A stretch of DNA of 64,000 nucleotides from Anolis carolinensis (lineage: Eukaryota), in contig NC_085841.1 in NCBI RefSeq assembly GCF_035594765.1, positions 186,605,574 to 186,669,573 on the forward strand, in the 5' to 3' direction. Below are positions 53,522 through 64,000 of this stretch, piece after piece (positions within the stretch are counted from its first letter, which is position 1; each line of letters begins with the position of its first letter). Position numbers and translations under genes: made by a program. The notes under the pieces are model-generated. The model was not told where the DNA came from, did not search any database, and saw only the letters and a list, made by a program, of their open reading frames with translations.

Positions 53522-53892
53522 AATACTTGTGTGTACATCGACTTCATGTATAAGTCAAGGACAGGACAAAAGTTATGGCTTATGATATTTTCATATGACC
53601 CATGGATAAGCCAAAAGTTATTCTATGGAGAGATTAAAGCACCAGTGACACCTCAGGGATCAACTTCCCTTGGCCACTGCCACCATATCCTTATCCTGGC
53701 ATTCAAAAAAAGCCAGAATCAGTGCCACAGTGGAGAGAATAAAGAGGGACAGTGCTTTTTAAAAGTTTTATTGGGATGGACTACACTCTTGCATTCTGCT
53801 ATTCTACTCAGAGTAGGGAACAGTTCTTCTTTCTTTCTTTTTTGATAAGAGTTATTACAGTACCTATGTTGACCTGTGGGCTAAGTCAGTTT
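53522..53892. mobile_element. pogo/mariner-like element, truncated
   Basis: Homologous to the left part of 11451-12223. Confidence 0.55.
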
Positions 53893-54387
53893 TGTATTGG
53901 GAGATGCAATCTGCCAAATAACCCGGACCTGAGCAGTATAGGACTTTATAGGTCATAACCAGCACTTGAGTAACACATCCTTCCAAATCAGGCAAGCTAA
54001 CTGGTGGATATAATAAAAATTATGAACAATTCAGACAGACAGATGGTAAAGGAAGGTAATGAACCTCTCCTCAATCAGACAAGAGGGCAGGGCCTGATCC
54101 TTGTGCCACCCCTGAAATGGCTCCTCCAAAGGAGGAAATCTTCCTTTTATGCCACAACTTTCAGGATGTAAGACAGCTGTACTGAATGGTCTTCACTCCC
54201 TGCTGAGTCAGGACCTGAGTCCTACTGAGAGCAACAGAGTCCATTGATGAAAAAGCTGGGCATAAGGAAACAATAGCAAAAGGCACACTCTTCCTCCCTA
54301 TAGCTTATTAATGTTCTTCTGGATTTCTACCAATGTTGGTGCTGTGTTAATATTGTCTTTGCTTTAATTTGCTCTTAATTATTTGCT

Positions 54388-54578
54388 TGTGCTGCTGCTG
54401 CTTAGTCGTATAGTTGTTTTCGACTCTTCGTGACCTCATGGACCAGTCCACGCCAGAGCTCCCTGTCGGCTGTCGCCACCCCCAGTTCCTTCAAGGTCAA
54501 GCCAGTCACTTCAAGGATACCGTCCATCCACCTTGCCCTTGGTTGGCCTCTCTTCCTTTTTCCTTCCTTTTTCCTTCC
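54388..54578 (-). mobile_element. RTE/BovB-clade LINE 3' end
   Basis: Minus-strand translation GQPRARWMDGILEVTGLTLKELGVATADRELWRGLVHEVTKSRKQL, followed by a short-repeat tail. Confidence 0.88.
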
Positions 54579-56479
54579 ATATTTGCTTGTATTTCAATAT
54601 TAATATCAAAGGTAATGCAAAGTTTATCGTATGGAGCATAGTATTAGTTAAGACTATTTTAATAGTAACTCTCAAGCAACAAGAAACTACATTTATCTGG
54701 CATCTACCAATCCCCATGAATGCCAGTTAACTGAGAATCTACTGTACTTCATTCCCAGCATCCATGGATTTTGACGTCCATAGAAGATCCTGGAACCAAA
54801 CCCCAGTAGATACCAAGAGCCCACTGTATGCCCATATTTGGAAGCGTATTAATTAAACTCAGAATGGGTCAACTTTAGGTCTATGTCCACAGCCCCCTTG
54901 AAATGACACACACCTTGAGATAATAAGTCTGAAACTCGAACTACCTGAATAGGGGTGATAGAAGTGGATAAAAAGTGTCCCTCCAAATGTTGAATTGCAA
55001 CACCTACCAACCTCAGCCAGCATAGCCAATGCTGGGGGGTTCAGTCCAGGAACATCAGAAGAGCCACACTTTGTCCACTTTTAAAATGACATCCTGGAAT
55101 GTGTCTACACCAGTCAGTTTTATCACAGTGTAAATCTGTCCTCAGAGGAGCCCCAGATTCAGCACTTATAACCTGTGACTGCATTCACTCCACTGGGCTG
55201 TCACCTCCGCCGTGTCACAACCACTACACCCCTAACTGGCCAGGGACTCCTGTCCAAGCTCCTGGCCATTGCAAGTACCTCTGCTGATGTAAGAATGGAG
55301 AACCTGTATGACTGGCAAAGAGGATTTAAACATCAGCAGAAGCATTGGCCAAGAACTTGGATGAAGCTCCATGACTGATCAGGAGTGGCAGTTAAAGCAA
55401 CACAGGCATGATCCATCTCTTTTTCCTGGTGGCACTGTGCATTTATACAGCAGGTCAGGCCACTTTGGACCAGATCTAGCTGTCCAGACTACCCAACTAT
55501 CCAAACAAACTCTGAAGCAGCCTCAAACATTTGTTAAATTCGGGCAAAGTTGGATTATAGCCAAACAACCTAGGATACTCTGAGAAAGCACTGTGCATTG
55601 TGAAGACTGCTAGAATTCATTTGTAGTGGGTGGGTTAGTGTAGACAAGCCCCAAGAAAACCTGTTACATCAGCTTTGACAAGAGATGGACATGTTTGCTG
55701 AGGTTGTGTTTTTCTGAACAAATCTGCTTTGAAGTGTCAGGAGCACTAAGGGAACAACAAAAAGCCAGGAGAAAAAAAATAGATCCATTTAATTGAATTC
55801 CATTTGCTATTGCATGTTTTGTTTACTGTGCTTTATTTCTTTCTTTTTGTCTTCTTCCTTTGAGAGGAAGGAAAACAACGGCCTGCTTCTGCATTAAGCT
55901 ATTGCCTGGAGTGGAAGTACTCATTTCAAGTGCAAAGCAAAGGCAGCAAACAGAGCCTCCCCCCTCCTCCAAAATACCAAACTGATCTAAGATTCATAGA
56001 ATGGATTATACATATTGCATTGGCTTAAAAATGAAACCTGGTGAAGTATTACAGTAATTTAAAAATATAAGTGGGTTTGTACAGGGAAGAGATTTAAAAT
56101 TTAAACCTGTTTAAATATTGAAGTGATCTAAGGGGTAAAGCTGGAGGGGGGGGGTGTCGAAGTTTTGAAAAATGGAATTCAATAGCAAAATCTCTGTTCT
56201 GGCAAACTGCTCCTCCAAAACCAATCTGCCCATAAGGACATACCATAAAGCAGGATATTTTCCATTTACTACCTCAGAGGAAAACGAATAAAAATAATCG
56301 TCAACTGGATGAGTTAAAGCTCCAAGGGAAAATGTGTTGCGAAGGATGATTTCTAAAGAACCTTAGACTGTTTTCTTTGTAAAACTATATCCTAGACACT
56401 AGAAAGCATTTTGGATGGTCGCATCATTGTTGTTACTGGATTCTGGAAGGCGAAAGGGAATTGATATGACACTTTACCT

Positions 56480-56673
56480 CGGCTGGTTTTTAATTGCTTT
56501 TAGTGATAATTATTTAATGCAACTGTTTATTTTAACTTATTGCACAATATTTAGTATTGTCTTTTGTTTAACATTTTATGGTTTTTTGTTTATATAGGCA
56601 TTGAATGTTTGCCCATTACAATGTTGGAAGCCGCCCTGAGTCCCCATGGGGAGATAGGGCAGGGTACAAATAA

Positions 56674-56726
<53 letters not shown>
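56480..56726 (+). mobile_element. L2-type 3' end with (ATT)n tail
   Basis: GGCATTGAATGTTTGCC...GGAAGCCGCCCTGAGTCCCCATGGGGAGATAGGGC..AAATAA(ATT)n. Confidence 0.85.
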
Positions 56727-57436
56727 GATAGATATGCTGGATTTCATATCACAAAATCACAAGTCGAACACTTCCCAAGTGTTTAGGACTGTGTGATATA
56801 TTTTCGGATGATGCGCGCAGATCCCAGGAGGGTGGCCTTTTGCAGTTGGCAGATCGTAATTTTGTCAATGTCTATTATTTCCAAATGCCGGCTGAGATCT
56901 TTTGGCACGGCACCCAGTGTGCCCATCACCACCGGGACCACCTGCACTGGTTTCTGCCAGAGTCTTTGAAGTTCAATCTTGAGGTCCTGATAGCGGCTGA
57001 GTTTTTCCTGTTGTTTTTCGTCAATGCGATTGTCACCTGGGATGGCGACATCAATGATCCAAACCTTTTTCTTTTCCACAACTGTGATGTCTGGTGTGTT
57101 GTGTTCCAGAACTTTGTCAGTCTGGATTTGGAAGTCCCACAGTATCTTTGCGTGCTCATTTTCCAATACTTTTGCAGGTTTGTGATTCCACCAGTTCTTT
57201 GCTGCTGGGAGGTGGTACTTGAGGCATAAGTTCCAATGAATCATTGGGCCACATAGTTGTGCCTCTGTTTGTAGTCTGTCTGTGCGATTTTCTTACAGCA
57301 ACTGAGGATATGATCAATGGTTTCGTCGGTTTCCTTGCAGAGTCTGCATTTTGGGTCATCAGCTGATTTTTCGATCTTGGCCTTAATTTCATTTGTCCTG
57401 ATGGCTTGCTCCTGGGCTGCATGGATCAGGCCTTCT
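56727..57436 (-). mobile_element. R4/Dong-clade non-LTR retrotransposon, 3' segment (CCHC finger and RLE nuclease)
   Basis: CRLCKE..ET.DHILSCC, RHN, KILWDF, PDI....K...IIDVAIP, EK..RY motifs; one frameshift near 57242; abuts (TAA)n. Confidence 0.95.
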
Positions 57437-57788
57437 TGCCTCCAACCCCCCCCCCCCCCGGCAGGTGCCACCTTGTTGTGCTGGGAGGGCTTAACTGCTT
57501 CAAGGATGCTGAGAGCTTGCTGGCGTTAGTGTAACTACCGGCAGGTCCAACCAAGCCAGAGAGGTCTCTGCTGAGGAGCAGAACTAAGAGCACCTAACCC
57601 ATTAGCATTATGGAGAATCAAACCAAAACGAAGTCTATACTGGCTCGGTCGTTGCCCAGGATAAAAAGGACCGCGGTGGATGCTGCTGATTCTGGACATC
57701 CATCAACAAATGAGCTACGGAATCAAAATACAAATGAACAGTCACAGAAGCAGCAGAAATATACAATGCCAGAAAACCGCACTATTAT
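57437..57788 (+). mobile_element. Inverted 5' segment of the same R4-clade element (5' UTR and ORF start)
   Basis: ORF from ATG 57610 reaches QKYTMPENRTI, resembling the R4/Dong N-terminal helix motif; ends in (TAT)n. Confidence 0.7.
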
Positions 57789-57799
57789 TATTATTATTA

Positions 57800-58085
57800 A
57801 AATTATTGTTGTTCCATATTGTTTTTGTTGACCCTCCTTTTCCACTTACAGAGCTAGTTTACTGTCTTTCTTTGAAATATGGTAAATATTCAAAAAAATT
57901 AACTTACTGGTGTCTCAATTAATGTAATTTTATTGGTAGCTATTTTTATTTTTGAAATTAACCAGTAGCTGCTGCATTTCCCATCCTCAGCTTATACACG
58001 AGTCAATACGTTTTCCCAGTTTTTTTGAGGTAAAATTAGGTGCCTTGTCTTATATTCGGGTCGGCTTATACTCGAGTATATAAGG
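57800..58085. mobile_element. pogo/mariner MITE, right half
   Basis: Ends GTCGGCTTATACTCGAGTATATA.GGT. Confidence 0.7.
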
Positions 58086-58699
58086 TTTTCCTTTTTCATT
58101 CAGTGTTATAGGCAATATTATATTAATTAAAGTCTACTTAATTACATTTAAGATTCTTTTTTATATGACTACACATTTAACAACAATTATTCTAGTACTA
58201 GCAAAGGGATTTTATTCATTAATGGGAGTATTTTAATGAATATAATAGCTTTTAATGGAGGGTTTATTTTTAATTAATCCCAGCCATTTTTATTCTATTT
58301 TAATTAATTTTTTTATTTTTAATATGTAAAAAACTCAAACCCTAAGCAACTTCAAAGTGTAGCCCACAACACTCAGCAAGCTTTAGCTTTCACATGCAGA
58401 AGTGAATAAAGTGTGGGAAAGGCAAAAGCTCAGGAAAGGAAAAATGGGAAAGTGATAGGAAACATGGTGAAAAAGAAATTATGGCACCTGCAAAATTATT
58501 GTGCATAAATGTTCATCCATAAGGTTTCATAGATTCTAGGCCACTTCTTTAGGCATATTATCTTATCTTCCACTTATAATACAGGACAGAAAGAAAGAAA
58601 AGGGAGGGAGAAAGGTCAAAATAGTAGAACAACACGCCACAAAGTGTTAAGCCAGTAGCTTGTTTTTAGGAGTCAGATAAAACCATTTTTCAGTTAAGT

Positions 58700-59163
58700 A
58701 TCAGCATGATACAACATTTGAGTGTTGTACTATCTCTTTGGAAATCAGGGTTTGAATCCACATGCAGTCATGGATGGGTGGCCTTGGCAAGTTACACCTT
58801 CTCAATTTCAGAGGAAGGCAAAGGCAAACTCTCCCTAACAACTCTTGCAAAAAGAAAAAAGAATGATGTGTTCACCTTAGGGTCACCATAAGGAAAGGGC
58901 CACCATAAGGAAAGGAGATTCCACCTGAACATTAGAAAGAACTTCCTAACTGTGAGAGCTGTTCAGCAGTGGAACTCTCTGTGGTGGAGTGTGGTGGAGG
59001 CTCCTTCTTTGGAGGCTTTTAAGCCGAGGCTGGATGGCCATCTGTCAGGGGTGCTTTGAATGTGATTTCCTGCTTCTCAGAAGGAGGTTGGACTGGATGG
59101 CCCATGAAGTCTCTTCCAACCCTATGATTCTATAAATCAGAGTGCCTTGAAGGCACACAACAA
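58700..59163 (+). mobile_element. Old SINE with RTE-like tail, interrupted by a CR1 fragment
   Basis: GGTTTGAATCC B-box; GGGTCACCATAA | ...CTTGAAGGCACACAACAA. Confidence 0.65.
58905..59133 (+). mobile_element. CR1 LINE 3' end
   Basis: RRFHLNIRKNFLTVRAVQQWNSL...VVEAPSLEAFK.RLD; TTCCAACCCTATGATTCTAT tail. Confidence 0.92.
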
Positions 59164-60268
59164 TCAAACCTATTTTAATCTAGTGTATCAAAAATGCTCA
59201 TTTGTGGTATTCTAGTAGGAAAGCCAAGTTCTCAGTTATTCCCAAACTAAAGACAATCAAATTCACTGACACATTCCTTTAGTTCTTCAACTTCGCATTG
59301 GAGCTTCCCTGACACTGAACACATGCATGCATAAATATTAAGGTGGTCTTGCTGATACATACTCCAGCACACAGCGCTGTGTTGGGAATTGTTGCTTTAG
59401 AGTCAGTGGATGTATATTAAGGCAGTCATCAGTTCAGTCCCCAAAGCTGAAATTATTTATGTGAGCAAGAATCAACAAATATGCAGATAGATAGTTAGAT
59501 AGATAGGTCTTGTGTGTGATAGATACTGAGAGAGAGAGAGAGAGACTGAAAGTGGATTCCTGGGATAAAAAGAAGGTGAAGGATATTATACAAAGATATA
59601 TGGGACGATATAAACAGAGGCCCCTAATCCAGTTGACTGTAAATCCCCTTTTCCTTAATTGGTTTAGAAGCTGAGGTCTGTAATGTGAGACTAGGGGCTC
59701 TCAGCTGCTTTTCTTCTTTGCTGCCTGGAATCACATTAAGTGGAAAACAATGGCAGGAGTGACAGCTCCCTGTCTGCAGGGGCACTTAGAGTTAATCTGC
59801 CATTGAGACTAATACAATTATTTGGGATTATAGGATTGCCAACAGATACATAGATTAAGGAAATTCCCAAAGAGAGGCCAGGGTGGAATATTTCCATATG
59901 GGGGCAAGGTAAAGCTTTGATATTTCACCCATACTTTTGCTCTTGCTTTTTTGAGAAGTGCCTCAATTGAAGAAGAGTGATAGAGCAGACATTTAAGGAA
60001 AGAGAGAAACAGCAGTACAATGATTAGCTTTAAGGTTGTTGTAGCTTGAGAACCAACATGGTATAGTAATATGACAACCTCATCACACACACCCCTTGCT
60101 GTTTTGCCAGCAAACCTGGTGAAATGCCAGGCATGCAGGGTGAATCCATTTCCCTGCACGCTGCTCCTGCGCAGTGAGTTTTCCCGATCACACGAGGGAA
60201 GTGTCACCCAATGCAGACAGAAGAATTTTTATATATGTGTTTTTTGTAAGCTGCCTTGAGTCCCCTGT

Positions 60269-61130
60269 TGTCAGGACCCAGGCTGCGGAGCACCAATAAC
60301 CATGCGCAGAGACCAGAATCTATCTAATATCTTTATTAAAGGAATATATAAAGTCAATAAAAACAAGTGAAGAATATAGTTCAGAAGTAGACCTTTCAGG
60401 AAAGGTCAAATTTAGTCCAGGAAAACAATGTCCAATATGTGATATTAGAGTCCAAAGTTATAATCCAATAACCGAAACACACACTTTGCCGAGCAAAGTG
60501 TGGGGAAATGACAAGGTCCTTTAGTCCAATGGAGCTTGACAACAAGGCTGGAAAACAAACTAGATTCTTGGCAAACAAGACTTGATACGAGGCAACAAGA
60601 AGCAAGAAGCAAGAACAAGGTCCGTGGCGAGGTCCGGGGAACAAGGCAGGCTTGGAACTTGGTCCTGGAAACAAGGAACTGGAGTAGCGTAGTCCACACA
60701 CGATCTCACTCCTGAAGCTGACGAATTGACTCCGCAAGGATTTCCTTGCGGTAAAACACCTATATAGGATCTTGTTTTCCCGCCAAGGAACACTTTCCCT
60801 GGGGAACAAGAAGTGAAACCCAAACTGTGTCCAGATGCATGACTCCTTAAGATTTCCCAAGGGAAACAGGTTTAATCAGCTAATTGTCTGGCAGCGATTC
60901 TGGCGCTTCGGCGATTCGCCTCCCTAGCGCCTCTATCTCTATTATAATTATCCTTACGAGAAAACGGGGGAGAATTCTGCCCAAGGCTTGTTTGGCTGAC
61001 TTCTTGAGGGCAAACATCCTGCAGGTGCAGGGGCTCCGATTCTGGCTGAATCGGTGGGAAACCCAAGTTTTCCTCTTCGTCTGCCACAATAGTACTAGGA
61101 ACGGGACTACATGGCCCATGAGACATCACA
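60269..61130 (-). mobile_element. Solo LTR, Gypsy-type
   Basis: TGTGATG...CCTGACA on the minus strand, perfect 5-bp TSD CCTGT, AATAAA at 60332-60337 (-), TATATA at 60761-60766. Confidence 0.93.
60872..61129 (-). CDS. LTR-encoded ~85-aa ORF ending RRSARIAARQ
   Basis: Intact homolog of the ORF at 23704-23967 with codon-level conservation. Confidence 0.55.
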   Translation of the reverse strand: MMSHGPCSPVPSTIVADEEENLGFPPIQPESEPLHLQDVCPQEVSQTSLGQNSPPFSRKDNYNRDRGAREANRRSARIAARQLAD

Positions 61131-61236
61131 CCTGTTGGGTGAGAAGGGCGGGATATAAATATTGTAATAAATAAATAAATAAATAAGCGTGCTGGCTCCA
61201 CTGGCTCCAACATAGGAGTCTTCTCATGTTGGCAAG

Positions 61237-61373
61237 GAAGTGTCCTCTTTACTAGAGCTTTTAATCTATGTTAATTTTATCAATATTTGTATGTATGTAT
61301 TTTTATCCTTTACAATTTTATCTTGTAAATCGCCTAGAGCATCGTGGATGGAGGGCGATTAATAAGTAATTAA

Positions 61374-61430
<57 letters not shown>
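61237..61430 (+). mobile_element. LINE (L2-like) 3' end with (GAT)n tail
   Basis: TGTAAATCGCCTAGAGCATC..GATGGAGGGCGATT..(GAT)n; approximate TSD GTTGG(GG)CAAGG. Confidence 0.65.
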
Positions 61431-62360
61431 GTTGGGGCAAGGCCTCCACCGGAAGTTGAGGGATGTCGTATGATGGGCTGCATGCCCATTCGTCCCTCAA
61501 CTGGGTGGAAAGCACCCAAAGATGCCTACATTTGTACATATGATGAGGTCCTGCACATTGCGCTATGATTCTGGAGACCACAATCTGAATCCCCACAGCC
61601 ATACAAACCCATTGGGTGGCTTTGGATGTGTCACACTCTCTCAAAGGAAGGCAAAGGCAAACCCCTTCTGAATCAATCTTGCCAAGAAAACCTATAATAG
61701 GGTCATATTAGGGTCGCCATGAGTCAAAAACAACTTGAAGACATACAACAAGAAATATACTTCCTTCCCAGGAGCCAGCCTGAAAGCACGTCTGATTATC
61801 AGAATTTTCAAAGTAGCAGCAAAGAGATAGCAAAAGAAATCATGGCATTTGTGCACACTTCATGGACCCCATGAAGCCCAGAGGCCAATGGACCATGGGT
61901 CAAAAACCCTTGGAGTGGAGATTCTGTGCTCCATCACACTTCCCACACTTTTTGTAAATCTGTTTGTTTGTTTGTTTGTTTGTTTGTTTTAAGAAATAGT
62001 GTTGCATGCAAGATCTGCTTCATTCTGGAGATATCTTCATCTTTGATATGGAAAGAATTTGAAATTTAAGTCTAGTTAAAGAGAGAGAAACTAGAGTGTT
62101 ATTTTGCACTGTAGAATTATAACACTGTGAATTCATTTTAATTGCCTCAAATCCTCCTGGTTTTCGTAGTTTGATTGGAAGTAACAGAGGAGAATTGTCC
62201 AGCTGAAAATTACATGCGCACACATACAGTCCAAATTCCTTGATTCCTCAGAAAGTTGCCATGGGATTTAAAGTGGAATCATAGCACTTATGATTGTATA
62301 GGGCGTAAGGTCCCCTGTACTAATAGATTGATCCACCTGAGGGTTTTGAATCACGGCACA

Positions 62361-62651
62361 TTTTTTTCGTATCAGATGTGACTTGAGAAACTGCAAGTCG
62401 CTTCTGGTGTGAGAGAATTGGCTGTCTGCAAGGACATTGCCCAGGGGACATCCCAATGTTTTTGATGTTTTTACCAACCTTGTGGGAGGCTTCTCTCATG
62501 TCCCCGCATGGAGCTGGAGCTGATAGAGGGAGCTCATCCATGCTCTCCCTGGGTTAGATTCGAATTGGCAACCTTCAGGGAAGCAACCCAACCTTCAAGT
62601 CATCAGTCCTGCTGGCACAAGAGTTTAACCCACTGTGCCACTGGGGGCTCC
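62361..62651 (-). mobile_element. tRNA-derived SINE with a Sauria-like head, a different body and a poly-A end (possibly Vingi-partnered)
   Basis: Head GGAGCCCCCAGTGGCACAG, B-box, 3' ...CTGATACGAAAAAAA; TSD ATCAC(G/A)GCACAT. Confidence 0.85.
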
Positions 62652-64000
62652 TCATCACAGCACATGGGCAACCATGTTCATGCTGAATTTGAGTTGCCAT
62701 CCTTACTTTTCTGAAAAGCTCCATATTTAATATCTGTTATGGATGGTAAGTCCGACATGGCTCTCAATATGCTAGAATGTTCTTAACAGTTTCAGAAAAC
62801 GCAGTGCGAGACACTGTGTGATGTGTGAACTAAGATCAGAACCCAAAAGACCTCTGTATGGCTAAGGCAGGATCAAAAAGTCTGCATACTTCAGGCCTCC
62901 TTGCATGTCATGAGGCAACCTCATCTCATGCCCTCAGTTCTTCAGGTGGGTGGCTTGCGACCTTGTCCAAGTTTTTCTAGGTTGGTTCTTCTTCACACTT
63001 TGTCTTAAATAATTTCATATGCTTTCACAAAAGTTCACCAAATCAAAAAAAAGTTTCAGAAAGAGGAAAGGGAATGACAGTTTTCTCCTCCATTCCCACC
63101 ACCCACCCACAAAGCGGCTTATTTTCTTAGGGAAAGATTCATGGTCCCTTTTCAAAAATGGCTTATTCCACTGTGAGAAAAGAACACCACAAAAGTCAGC
63201 ACAATCCTGATTGAAATAACAGTTGGCTCCACTGTAAAAAGAAAAGAACCATTCTAGAAAAGTGGGAGTTGGTGTGTGGGGCTGAAGGACATGTAGGAAG
63301 AGTTAGAAGAAGAACTGGACCATCTGGAACAATTCTACATCTCAACCACTAACTGCCAAAACAACAGGACCTTCCTAAAAAAAAGGAAAGCCAGTGATAC
63401 TTTGGCATTCCCATTTAACATGCCGCATTATTAGAACTTGTAGGCTTCTTCACAGCAGGCAAGGCACATTTGTCTTTTAATATTACAGATAGCTAAAGCA
63501 CTTAGGTCTATTGACATACATTATCTAACTGTCTGTTTTTAAGTATGATTAATAGTTGGCTGTCAGGACGGGGAGGGGGACAGATTTGTTGTGCATTTGC
63601 TGTGAATATCTCGATGCCAAGATTTTTTCTCTTCAAAAAATACCAAGTGCCATGAGGATTTAAAACATAAAAATGATGAAATTAAAAAGAGAATTTACCC
63701 CCCAAAATCTCAAAGAGGATGCCAAATTGATATTTTCCAATTTGAATCTTGGGCTGGCAGATGAGCAGGTTTATGATTCATAACCAGGCAATATAACAGT
63801 TACATTCCTATTACTTTCAGATGGAATAGGAAGGCACAGAGACAGATTTTTAATTCAAGCAGCAATGTGTGGGGTGGGAGAATCAAAGGAGGGAGGAGGG
63901 CAGCAATAAAAATGGTTTAACTGGGCTTGTTTTATGAGCAAAATGTTCAGAGCTTTGCATATTTAATGCTTAACTAGTGATTGCTTTTTGGACAAACATG

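Larger units (their letters stand above)
60225..61186 (+). mobile_element. L2-type 3' tail split by a solo LTR
   Basis: GTAAGCTGCCTTGAGTCCCCTGT | TGGGTGAGAAGGGCGGGATATAAAT..(TAAA)n. Confidence 0.85.
60075..61551. mobile_element. PIF/Harbinger MITE carrying nested insertions
   Basis: CAACCTCATCACA / TATGATGAGGTCC ends; TGA/TGC flanks. Confidence 0.7.
60050..61752 (+). mobile_element. Old tRNA-derived SINE split by nested insertions (head 60050-60074, remainder 61552-61752)
   Basis: Rejoined halves match the intact copy at 25640-25840. Confidence 0.7.

Noticed and set aside
57437-57600. Canonical HDV-like ribozyme
   Set aside because: P2-like and CUAA elements are present but P1/P1.1 cannot be built; kept only as an unclassified structured motif
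60396-60860. 154-aa and other ORFs in the downstream part of the LTR
   Set aside because: The corresponding part of the sister LTR (24092-24565) shows no evident shared frame or aligned stops, unlike the U3 ORF
61186-61533. H/ACA snoRNA (hairpin followed by ACATTT)
   Set aside because: Lies between Harbinger-type TIRs, is interrupted by a LINE tail, and has no convincing H box
61374-61568. Poly-Met / poly-Ser ORFs
   Set aside because: (GAT)n tail of a LINE fragment

Overview
This is non-coding vertebrate DNA, almost certainly from a squamate (Anolis-type) genome. The evidence is about nine Sauria SINEs, 5S- and tRNA-derived SINEs, L2/CR1/RTE/L1/R4 LINE fragments, many hAT, Tc1-mariner and PIF/Harbinger MITEs, a Helitron with a 139-bp internal satellite, three Gypsy-type solo LTRs and one assembly gap. 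No host protein-coding exon could be supported; several TE-free stretches look like possible conserved enhancers. The strongest finding is that two diverged solo LTRs (23703-24557 and 60269-61130) both begin with an intact ~85-codon ORF. The two ORFs share 47 of 85 residues, 20 of those through synonymous codons, and end in an RRSxRI motif resembling the HMGN nucleosome anchor; a third, more distant LTR keeps a decayed version. Also notable is an R4/Dong-clade retrotransposon in a (TAA)n target with a twin-priming-type 5' inversion, whose 5' UTR carries an RTE-like structured RNA motif. A four-level nested insertion lies at 60-61.8 kb. Family names come from recalled consensus features, not from database searches.
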